From: an uncultured Bacilli bacterium
Lineage (GTDB): Bacteria > Bacillota_I > Bacilli_A > RFN20 > CAG-826
DNA: 64,000 nt
Direction of reading: 5' to 3'
NCBI GenBank assembly: GCA_934700895.1
Contig: CAKUXV010000001.1
Location: 199,733-263,732 of the forward strand
The translations under genes were made by a program, and so were the position numbers. This document shows positions 24,437 to 33,568 of the stretch, in pieces. The first letter of the stretch is position 1, and each line of letters opens with the position of its first letter. Below the pieces are notes generated by a model that saw only the letters and a list, made by a program, of their open reading frames with translations, made no database searches and was not told the origin of the DNA.

Positions 24437-25241
24437 ATGAAATTCATTGGACGAGAGCAGGAATTGCGGAAAATTAAACGTATTGTTACGTCAAACGGAA
24501 CGAATTTTCCTTGGTTTATGGTCGCCGCCGGGTCGGTAAAAACGAATTGATTAAGCAAGCCTTAACTGAAGTTTCAGGGACGAAAATCTATTACGAATGC
24601 AAACAAGTCGCGGAAAAAAATAACGTAGATGGATTGGCGGAAGTAACTTCCGCGGCGCTTCGATTTCCCAAATTGGCCTTCGAGGACATGGAATCCGTTT
24701 TAAGATTCCTTTTCGAATCTTCTAAAAAGGGAAAATTATTTTGGACGAATATCCTTATTTGCGTGACTCGATTCGCGGGATGGATAGCATCCTTCAATCC
24801 TTGATCGACGGCCACAAAGAAGAAACGAACCTCTCTCTTGTTTTGCTTGGGTCCTGCGTAGAGACCATGCGCTCGTTAACGGCGCATTCGAATCCCCTTT
24901 ACGGCCGCGTGGATTTATCGATGAATCTCGCTCCCATGGATTATTACGAATCCAGCTTGTTTTACCCTCGTTTTTCCCCTTCCGATAAAGTGAAAATATA
25001 TTCGGTTTTTGGCGGAATCCCTTATTATAATCGCTTATTCGACGGAGAAAATATCTTGGATTTAATTGCTGCTCCAGGAGCGAGACTCGAAAACGAAGTG
25101 GAGATGTACCTCAATGTCGAAATGGGAAAAATCGGCAATGCGAACGAGACTTTTGAGGCACTGGCACACGGATATTCGAAATTTTCGGATATTTTATCTC
25201 GGTCCCACATTTTCAGCAGCCCTACCCTTGCCGATTTTTAA
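24437..25241 (+). pseudogene. AAA ATPase (Arch_ATPase/DUF234 family) with 2 frameshifts and a 3' truncation
   Basis: MKFIGREQELRKIKRIV... reads in one frame, then LVYGRRRVGKNELIK (Walker A) in a second, then LDEYPYL...LLGSCVETM...PLYGR... in a third. The DUF234 C-terminal domain is missing. Confidence 0.7.
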
Positions 25242-25242
25242 G

Positions 25243-25788
25243 ACGAAGCGCGCACCAAATTCGGAGGTGATGCCGTTGCAGATGTGATACGGGGCCTTAT
25301 AGGATTCTTGGACGTGGTCGTCTTGGGCTCCGTCGACTTCCTTCATCTAAGTGCATTCAAAGACTTGGAAGCATTCTTCGATGATCTTCGGGAATTTCTC
25401 GTCCGGATGCTCTTTGACCATTTCGCCATCGATCATCGTGAGGGAGAAATTCTTCATCTTTTCTTTTGTCCCGTCGCCAGGGAAACCAAAATGGGCGGTT
25501 TCGCGGAGGATCGCCTTGTCATCGGAGACGAAGTTCAAGGTACACTTGCCGGTGCGAAGGATGTTTTTTGCAGGTGTTGGACGTATTTCTACAGTTGAGG
25601 ATCATGGCGTGGTAGTCTTTGCCTGCGATATAGAAGGGGAAGCAAAGGGAATAGGCGCCGTAAGTGGCGCTGTCGTCCTCGGCAAGGGTGCCAACAAGAA
25701 GCGTCGGCATGGGAAAGAAACTCGAAATTGATAGAAATTGTCGCAGATTCTTAAACTTTTGAAGTTTTCTTTTTTCATATATTCTCCA
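25243..25788 (-). pseudogene. Flavin-reductase-like (FMN-binding split-barrel) gene with a frameshift and an in-frame TAG
   Basis: MKKENFKSLRICDNFYQFRVSFPMPTLLVGT..., then a frameshift to ...ILRTGKCTLNFVSDDKAILRETAHFG...IIEECFQVFECT. A TAG at 25347-25349 follows, then KEVDGAQDDH.... Boundaries are approximate and the family assignment is from memory. Confidence 0.45.
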
Positions 25789-26185
25789 GCGGTGTCAAAT
25801 AATTTCTTCGCGAGGAAGATGTCGTTCATCGCGCTTGCTAGAACCGCCGCGCCCGTATATCCAAGAATAAGGGAGAGCTTGAGGGTATGGTCGATTTGCA
25901 CTTGTTTAAAGAAAATCGCGATGATAACGAAGGGGGCGTTGAACACGAGCATGAGGCTTTCACGTAGTAGTGGATGCGGATTTTAGCCTTGGTCTTGAAG
26001 ACTTTCTTGCTCAGGGTGAAGCAAATGATGCTGCAATGCATCGCTAGCAACGTGAAGATAAATCCAACGAGGTTTTCTTTCATACTGACGAATTGCGACA
26101 AGCATATGGACCCGAACGTAATGATTTCGCCCAAGATGAACAGGGTTAAAATCCTGATGTTTGCTTTCTTTTGATTCTTTTTCAT
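25789..26185 (-). pseudogene. Small membrane-protein gene, frameshifted
   Basis: MKKNQKKANIRILTLFILGEIITFGSICL... (GGAGGTG RBS) continues in another frame as ...FNAPFVIIAIFFKQ...LILGYTGAAVLASA.... No clean stop precedes the next gene. Confidence 0.4.
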
Positions 26186-26560
26186 TTCACCTCCGTTCGA
26201 TAAGTTCCTGTCGATATTAAGGCAGCAAACCTATATATCGATAAAAATTTATTGAATCATTTATCGTTGAAATAGCGACATATATTTAGAGCTAAAACAA
26301 CGAATAAAAGGAAAAAATAACAACTTGTTCATAAAATCTAAAAATAGCGAACATAATCCGTTTTTTTGCAATTCTTTTTCGCGATTTTGACTAAAAAATG
26401 GGGTCAATTTCTAGACGGCTAAAAAGAGAGGCAAGCAAACCTGTAGTGTGTTATCCCTCGAAACTGGTATGATTTAGCCAAGGCAGATAGAAAAAATTAC
26501 GTCCTCGCCTTCGCGGCGGAGAGCCTTTATATGGATGCGGCAGGCCTTATAGGAGCCCTT

Positions 26561-29398
26561 ATGATCGAGATTAAGGATATTGTGAAAACCTATCACCCCA
26601 AGAAAGGGGGTGTTGTCGCGGCATTAGATCACGTCAGTTTGAAGTTCCCTGAGAAAGGGTTGGTCTTTATTCTTGGCAAATCTGGCAGCGGCAAATCCAC
26701 TTTATTAAACGTCATGGGCGGATTAGATAATGCCGATAGCGGTGAAATTGTCATCAAAGGAAAATCGTCCAAAGATTTCTCCATGGGGGATTTCGATAGT
26801 TACCGCAACACCTATTTGGGATTCATCTTTCAGGAATACAACATCCTGGATGATTTTAACGTTGGAGCCAACATCGCTCTTGCCTTAAAACTCCAAGGGC
26901 AAAAAGCAACAAATGAGAAAATCAACGCGATTCTAGACGAAGTCGGTCTAACGGGATTTGGAAAAAGAAAGCCCAATGAACTTTCTGGCGGTCAAAAACA
27001 ACGTGTCGCGATTGCGAGAGCCCTTGTTAAGAATCCCGAAATCATCATGGCGGACGAACCAACCGGTGCCTTGGATAGCAACACGGGGATTCAAGTGTTT
27101 GATACTTTAAAGGAATTGTCCAAGGATAAACTCGTCATCGTCGTTTCCCATGACCGTGAATTCGCCGAAGAATACGGGGACCGTGTCATCGAATTAAAGG
27201 ATGGCAAGATCATTTCCGATATCGAAAAGCACCATATCGACGCCACATTAGAACAAGGCGGAGCCAAAAACTACAATGGCAAGCTTTTCCATTTCCCTAG
27301 AGGCTATCGCTTGACGGAAGAAGACATCAAACGCATCAACGCCTATCTAGAAAAAGAAGAAGCGTTCCTCTCTTTGGATGAAAAGATTAATTCCGACGTC
27401 AAAGCTGCATCCCATATCGATAAGGACGGCAAGATGGAGTCGTTTGCTCCAACCGACGAAACCGCGATTCATCCCGAAAACGAAAAGCCCTTTAAGCTCA
27501 TCAAGTCGCGGATGCCATTCAAAGAAAGTTTCAAGATGGGCGTCAGCGGCATGAAGACCAAGCCTGTTCGCCTTGTTACGACCATTATCCTGTCGTTTAC
27601 TTGCTTTGGCATGTTCGGCATTGTGGATAGTTTTGCTGCCTATAATAGCAATACCGCGATCGTCAATTCGATAATCGATAGCAACATCCGTTACACCACT
27701 TTCAAAAAGATGGTGGAAATCGATAATTATGGAGAAGACTATTTTGTCGAAAAACTCTTTTCCGATCCGGACGTCGAAATCTTGAAACAGAAAACCGGCC
27801 ATGATTTTCTGCCAGTGTTATCGGGAAAAAACAACGGATATTATGGGGGCAACGCTAGCATCGCCGGTTCGTTTCTGAAAGAATCCAAAAGGAATATTTA
27901 TGATGGAAGCCTCACTGGCATTGTGGAGCTAAACGACGAAACGCTTGCTCGTCACAACCTTTCCCTATCCGCGGGGAGGTTGCCTTCCGCAACTGATGAA
28001 ATTGCCATCAGCGATTACGATTTCGCCTGTTTCCAAAAATGGGGCTATTCCCATGTGGATCTAGAAGGAAACTTGGATGAAAACCAAAACATGGCCCCCG
28101 CGGATCTTTCAAGCGAAGAGCGATTCCTTCAAAAGAATCCAAACCTCCAAATTCAAGGAAATTCTCTTCAAGGCATTTATAAAATCGTTGGCGTGATTCA
28201 AACTGGCTACGACTATTCCCGTTACGCGGAGCTGGATAAAGATTTAAATACGGACGACGTGCTTAATTATTATATGTTGCAGAGCCAATTCTCCACGGAG
28301 CACGGAAGTTCCTTTTCCGGGATGGCTTTTGGAGGAGAGGGCTTCATCGCCAATTGCCTTTCCTACAAAGGGGTTGGAGGAGAAATTCAAGATAAGGCCA
28401 CGTTAAGATGCGTGGAAGCTAGTGGCAAGCCCAACGGAATGTTTTTTGGAAGCAATTACAGCCATTATTTCACCCCGAAAGATTATTCTGACGTTACCTA
28501 TTTCAAGACGGGAAAATCGGCTTTGGAAGAAAATGAAATCACTTTGAGCCTTGGAACTTTGGTGAGTACGTTATCCGATGTCTATTACGACGATGAAGAA
28601 GCACAGAATTCCTTGAAAGACGTCTATAACGACTTGTCGGATGTAGAGGGCATCGCCTCCATTCTTCAACCCCTAGTTAAAGACATCGTCTTGAAGATGT
28701 CTTGCGGCGGAGGCTTCGAACCTTATCTGGCTAAAAACGTAACGATCCAAGGATTCTTCTTGGAAAACGAAAATGTTGATTCCACGTTTATCGGGGTCTC
28801 CGTCGATATGGGCGAAGCACTCCAACAAGCCTCTGTCGGTAAATACTCGATGGCGATTTCCGGCGAGAAATTGTCCAAATCGGAACTAGAAAAAATCGTC
28901 GATTTCTCAGGAAGAAGCGAAAACGGAGTCAAATTCACCTTGACCAATTACGTGGTCTCCACGGAGAACATGGTGGGATCCATCATCAAAACTGTGGCGA
29001 AGATTTTGCTTTATGTTGGCATTGCTGTTTTTGTGTTCGCCATCATCCTCTTCATGACTTATATTTCCGCCTCGGTATCCTATAAGAAAAGAGAAATCGG
29101 CATCTTACGCGCCGTTGGTGCGCGTTCTAGCGATGTCTTCGGTATCTTCTTTAATGAAGCCCTGGTGATTTCTTTGATTGTATTTGGCCTAGCCACGGTT
29201 GCCAGTGGAATTACGGTGGCTTTAACGAATGCCTCCTTGCGTTCCACCTACGGCTTGCCCATTACGTTATTGAGCTTTGGCATCCGTGAAATTGGTCTCA
29301 TCCTGCTCGGGTGCGTGGTCACCGCCTTGATCGCGAGCTTCTTGCCCGTTTTGCGCATCGCCTCCAAAAAGCCCGTCGATGCGATTAAAAATCGATAA
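26561..29398 (+). CDS. Fused ABC ATPase / FtsX-family (MacB-like) permease with a large extracytoplasmic domain
   Basis: N-terminal NBD (GKSGSGKST, LSGGQKQR, MADEPTGALD), TM1, about 480 aa of extracellular region and a C-terminal FtsX 3-TM module. AGGAG precedes the ATG at 26561; the track ORF starts at 26531. Confidence 0.8.
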   Translation: MIEIKDIVKTYHPKKGGVVAALDHVSLKFPEKGLVFILGKSGSGKSTLLNVMGGLDNADSGEIVIKGKSSKDFSMGDFDSYRNTYLGFIFQEYNILDDFNVGANIALALKLQGQKATNEKINAILDEVGLTGFGKRKPNELSGGQKQRVAIARALVKNPEIIMADEPTGALDSNTGIQVFDTLKELSKDKLVIVVSHDREFAEEYGDRVIELKDGKIISDIEKHHIDATLEQGGAKNYNGKLFHFPRGYRLTEEDIKRINAYLEKEEAFLSLDEKINSDVKAASHIDKDGKMESFAPTDETAIHPENEKPFKLIKSRMPFKESFKMGVSGMKTKPVRLVTTIILSFTCFGMFGIVDSFAAYNSNTAIVNSIIDSNIRYTTFKKMVEIDNYGEDYFVEKLFSDPDVEILKQKTGHDFLPVLSGKNNGYYGGNASIAGSFLKESKRNIYDGSLTGIVELNDETLARHNLSLSAGRLPSATDEIAISDYDFACFQKWGYSHVDLEGNLDENQNMAPADLSSEERFLQKNPNLQIQGNSLQGIYKIVGVIQTGYDYSRYAELDKDLNTDDVLNYYMLQSQFSTEHGSSFSGMAFGGEGFIANCLSYKGVGGEIQDKATLRCVEASGKPNGMFFGSNYSHYFTPKDYSDVTYFKTGKSALEENEITLSLGTLVSTLSDVYYDDEEAQNSLKDVYNDLSDVEGIASILQPLVKDIVLKMSCGGGFEPYLAKNVTIQGFFLENENVDSTFIGVSVDMGEALQQASVGKYSMAISGEKLSKSELEKIVDFSGRSENGVKFTLTNYVVSTENMVGSIIKTVAKILLYVGIAVFVFAIILFMTYISASVSYKKREIGILRAVGARSSDVFGIFFNEALVISLIVFGLATVASGITVALTNASLRSTYGLPITLLSFGIREIGLILLGCVVTALIASFLPVLRIASKKPVDAIKNR

Positions 29399-29413
29399 GT
29401 AAGTTTGTATGCT

Positions 29414-29430
29414 CCAAAGTTGCTAACTTC
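29414..29430. repeat. Left copy of the imperfect direct repeat CCAAA(A)GTTGCTAAC(C)TTC
   Basis: ccaaagttgctaacttc. The 12-nt core AAAGTTGCTAAC is identical to 30845-30856. Confidence 0.4.
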
Positions 29431-29461
29431 CAAGCATTATTACTAATATGCTTGGTTTAGA

Positions 29462-30820
29462 TTAAGACAGCATCGTCTTTAAATCGATGAGATGGATATT
29501 CACATTTTCTTGGATATCTTCGGTAAACCCTGCTTTGGAAAATAAGTAATAATCGCGGATTAATTCCGAGTTAAAAATGGAATCGCTTTCCTGTAAGTGC
29601 CTTAACATTTCTAATGTGAATTTCGATTTTCTGTATTTGCATTCTACCACCAGCAGATGCCCGTTGATTTCGGATAACCCGTCGATTTCTACGGAGCGAC
29701 CTAGCTTTGTTTTATCTGCTTTGAATGTTTGTATTTCTGGATAAACTACACCTAGTTTTCCTAACCGATTTAACTTATCGAGATAGAGTAAACACACCTC
29801 TTCAAAACCGAATTGCACCGCTTTATGTAAATCGGGTTTGATTTCTACAAAAACCATATCGGGATTGGCGACGATTCGGCTTTGGTTAGGGTAGACCGCC
29901 TTATACCAAAATCGTAGCAATGGATCGGCGATGACATAGTAATTGTTTTTCTTGGTCCCGTTAAACGTTGTCTTCTTGGCCACCACAGCGGACTTGAGAA
30001 GAGTATTCATATATTTGATACCTTTCCCGTTTCTTCTTGGACGAATAAGGCGATATCGCCGAGACTTGTCCTGCGATTGGCGATGGCGAATAGAATCGCG
30101 TTATAAATATCCGGTTTGCTGGATTTAGACAGCACGTTTTCTGGCAAATTAAAGAAAGGGCCATATTCGTTAAGGACCAATCTTTGGACTTCTTCCTCGA
30201 AAGGGCGACGGGTATCGACCGCGGATAAGTAATAAGGGAACGTTGATAGGAGGGAGAGATAATTGCACGTGGTTTCTAAGTCCAGCCCCTTCAAAAATAA
30301 TAACGCTTCTTCCAACGGAAGTTTTTGCACGTTCATTTCAAAGGCCTTTCTTTTATATAAAGGAGATTTCGTGTTTTGAATTTCTTTTTTTAAGAAGGAA
30401 ACCTCGGAGCCCCGAGATAAGAAGCATGAGGTTATCACTAGCGTGGTCGAAATATTCTTCGATGATGGAAGAAAAAGAAGGGTCTTGCTGGGTGATGAAC
30501 GGGTATTCGTCGATGCATAAGACAAATCTTTGGTTTTGAAAGTGATGGGACAAGGCGTCTAAAGCTGCTTGCCAACTGGAATAAACAAAATCATGAGGCA
30601 AGGACATTAAACGGTTTAGTTCATAAGAAAAGGAACGAAGGTTGCCATAAGAGCTATCTTCTTTTGCCTGATAGAACAAATGGGGTTTATCCTGAACGAA
30701 GTGATCGATTAACTTCGTCTTGCCGATCCTTCGCCTCCCGTAGATAACGCCTAATTCCTTTTTCCCTGAATGGAACGCGGAATTCAAATGTTTTAATTCT
30801 TTTTCTCTGCCAACGAACAT
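29462..30820 (-). pseudogene. AAA ATPase + DUF234 (endonuclease-like) gene broken by 2 frameshifts
   Basis: Three overlapping ORFs in different frames. 30353..30820 gives MFVGREKEL...GRRRIGKTKL...CIDEYPF. 30007..30525 gives ...SPLYKRKAFEMNV.... 29462..30010 gives ...DPLLRFWY...VEIDGLSE...LLVVECKYR. GAGGAG RBS. Confidence 0.75.
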
Positions 30821-30841
30821 ATCACTCCTCAAGGTATATAC

Positions 30842-30860
30842 CCAAAAGTTGCTAACCTTC
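30842..30860. repeat. Right copy of the imperfect direct repeat CCAAA(A)GTTGCTAAC(C)TTC
   Basis: ccaaaagttgctaaccttc, located in the 5' region of the 29462..30820 pseudogene. Confidence 0.4.
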
Positions 30861-31119
30861 GAGTATATTATTTGCAATTTGTGGACACAGGCAATCTTAA
30901 CGGGGATGAAATCGGTCTGTAATCGTCTCGCGGAAACAAATAACCTCATCATGATATAACCCCTTAATTAAAACCTGTCAGGGGGTTATATAAGGGGTTA
31001 CATTAAATAAATGGAGGTCATAATGAACCATGGAGTATTCCAAATGGGATTTAGTAAAAAAGGGAGTTAACTCCCTAAAATACTAAAATACAATCATGGA
31101 AAGGGAAGGAGACGGCCTT

Positions 31120-32345
31120 ATGATCGCTCGACCTATTTATAAAGAAGTGGAGACGGCCATTAAATCCAAGCCCGTTACGTTGATTACGGGGGCAAGACAA
31201 GTTGGGAAAACATCCCTGGCGTTGCTATTTGCCAAAAACTACCCCTTTAATTACATCTCTTTGGATTCCTATAAGGACCGAGAACTGGCAAGAAACGACC
31301 CTCTTATGTTTCTTTCCCTTTACCCCTGGCCCTTAATTATCAGCGAGGTGCAATACGCTCCCAAACTGTTTGACGCGCTAGAAGAAGTGGTGAATAAGGA
31401 AAAAATCCGTAATGAAAAAAATATGGGATGTACATTCTGACAGGATACGGGATGTATCGCCTTATGGACAACGTTACCGAGTCGATGATGGGCGGATTTC
31501 TACCATTCGCATGCTTCCCTTATCTCGAAACGAAATCTTTGGTCGAGAGGAGCCAGTTTTCCATTTTGATTATTCCGATATCCAAAAACGGGCGCAAGCC
31601 AACCCCCTGTCCCCTTTAGAATTATATGAGGATATCGTTAAAGGCTTTTATCCTGAACTTTATAGCAATGAGAATCTATGCATCCAGAAATTCTGTTCTG
31701 ATTATGTGGAGACTTATGTAGAAAGAGATGTTTCTCAACTCATGAATGTCAAAAACAAAATGGCTTTTCGCCAATTTTTGGAATTGATCGCCTCTTTGAC
31801 AGGACAAGAGTTGATCTATGACAACGTGGCTAAAATCGTTGGGATGGACAAAAAACAATCATGTCTTGGCTTTCGATTTTGCTTGCAGGGACATCGTTTG
31901 TTTGTCGAAGCCCTATAACGAGTTCTCCGTTGCCCAACGCATTGTCAAGACCCAAGATCTATTTTAACGATGCGGGGCTTGCTTGTTATTTAATGGGGAT
32001 TACCTCGGGAGATGTGCTGAAATCAGGCATTTATTCCGGAGTTTGTCGAGACCTACATTATCAACGAGCTAAGAAAGAGTTATATCAATAATGGAGTGGA
32101 GCCTTTCTTTTATTACTACCGCGATAACAATGGGAACGAGATTGATTTGGTTATCATCCAAAATGGTGTGATTCACCGTGTGGAATGCAAGAGTGGGATG
32201 ATGTTTAGCTTAAGCGCGGTCAAAGGGTTCAAACGACTAGATGAATCCCCATTATCTTAAAGGCCAAAAGGCCATTTTGTGCAACACAGATAGCCTTTAT
32301 TCGCTCGGTGATGATACCTATGTTTTGCCTTTAGCCGGGATTTAA
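31120..32345 (+). pseudogene. AAA_14 / DUF4143 ATPase paralog with at least 4 frameshifts
   Basis: MIARPIYKEVE...ITGARQVGKTSL (Walker A) ...IISEVQY, then fragments in shifting frames: ...RMLPLSRNEIFG..., ...DVSQLMNVKN...FLELIASLTGQEL..., ...IYFNDAGLACYL..., ...NEIDLVIIQNGVIHRVECKSG.... AGGAG RBS. Confidence 0.75.
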
Positions 32346-32360
32346 TTCTCATCGGGAACG

Positions 32361-32400
32361 AAAAAAAGACACGCAATTTGTCCTGCGTGTCTTTGCTTTT
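32361..32400. terminator. Bidirectional terminator
   Basis: aaaaaaAGACACGCAatttgtccTGCGTGTCTttgcttttt. Confidence 0.7.
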
Positions 32401-32405
32401 TATGC

Positions 32406-32496
32406 TGGCGGAGGAATAGGGATTCGAACCCTAGCTCCCGGTTAAGAGACTACGAGCTTTCCAAGCCCGCCCCTTCGGCCACTTGGGTATTCCTCC
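32406..32496 (-). tRNA. tRNA-Ser(GGA), class II
   Basis: Acceptor ggaggaa/ttcctcc, anticodon loop ttGGAaa, T-loop ggttcgaatcc, CCA encoded. Confidence 0.88.
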
Positions 32497-32579
32497 GCGT
32501 TTCGCCTTTTCAGGCAAGTGAGATTATAGGTGTTTCGTCATCGCTTCGCAACGTAATTTTTGCTAGACTAATTCGGAAT

Positions 32580-33554
32580 ATGAAAGAAACCGTCGTATCT
32601 CGTCTCAACGCTGGCCAAAAGGCAGAGAAATTCGTGAAGAAGTACCTGCCAGAAGCCCCGCTGGGATTCATCTATAAAGCCTTCCGCAAAAAAGACATCA
32701 AGGCCAATGGCCATTGGATTAAAAAGGACTACATCCTCCAAGAAGGGGATGTGATTCGCATCTACGTGACCGATCAACAACTCGAAGATTTCAAAAAGCC
32801 TCGCCCCGCAGAAAAGAAACCTTTGGAATACCCGATCGCCTATGAAGACGATGAAGTGCTGATTATCGATAAGCCCAAAGGGTTGTTGGTCTATGGAGAT
32901 AAAACCGGCGTTAGAGAAACATTGGGGAATGCCGTGTTGGATTATCTCTATTTGAAAGGGGATTATGACCCAAACGACAATACGTTCGTCCCTTCTCCAG
33001 CACACCGTTTAGACCGTAACACCAGTGGACTCATTTGCTATGGTAAAACGGACCGTGCTCTAAAGGATTTAACCGATTTATTTAAAGAACGTACTCAAAT
33101 CGATAAGTATTACGTGGCCCTTGTCGTGGGAGACGTCGAAAAAGATGGTTTCATCGATAAGCCTTTAAAAAAGGATATCCAAACGGGTCGCGTTTCCGTT
33201 TGCCCCGTCGGCAAAGGAGGCAAAACCGCGAAGACGGAATACCATGTCTTGCAACGGTTTGGTTCCTATACCTTATTGGAACTCCATTTATTGACGGGCC
33301 GCACCCATCAACTCCGCGTTCACCTTGCTTCGATTAACCATCCGATTGTCGGAGATGAAAAATACGGAGACTTCCAAGATTGCCGCAAAGCCAAAAGGCT
33401 ATGCGGAATCACTTCACAATTGCTCCATGCCGAAAAGCTTTGCTTCGGCGATGTTTCGGGGGCTTTGAGGGGCTTGGCCCACCGCCAAATCACCTCCCCC
33501 ATCCCCTCGTTTTTTAAGGACGCTATTGAGATTTTGACGCATAACCCATTCTAA
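32580..33554 (+). CDS. RluA-family (RluC/RluD-like) 23S rRNA pseudouridine synthase with N-terminal S4 domain
   Basis: 324 aa: ...PAHRLDRNTSGLI... (catalytic Asp motif) and ...LLTGRTHQLRVH.... Confidence 0.85.
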   Translation: MKETVVSRLNAGQKAEKFVKKYLPEAPLGFIYKAFRKKDIKANGHWIKKDYILQEGDVIRIYVTDQQLEDFKKPRPAEKKPLEYPIAYEDDEVLIIDKPKGLLVYGDKTGVRETLGNAVLDYLYLKGDYDPNDNTFVPSPAHRLDRNTSGLICYGKTDRALKDLTDLFKERTQIDKYYVALVVGDVEKDGFIDKPLKKDIQTGRVSVCPVGKGGKTAKTEYHVLQRFGSYTLLELHLLTGRTHQLRVHLASINHPIVGDEKYGDFQDCRKAKRLCGITSQLLHAEKLCFGDVSGALRGLAHRQITSPIPSFFKDAIEILTHNPF

Positions 33555-33568
33555 GAAAGGAATTTGAT

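Noticed and set aside
31023-31076. A 15-codon mini-ORF (MNHGVFQMGFSKKGS) with GGAGG RBS, ending in the 14-bp palindrome GGGAGTTAACTCCC, considered as a possible leader-peptide attenuator.
   Set aside because: Several 14-bp perfect palindromes are expected by chance in 64 kb. There is no T-tract on the sense strand, and the downstream gene is a dead pseudogene. There is not enough evidence to support a call.
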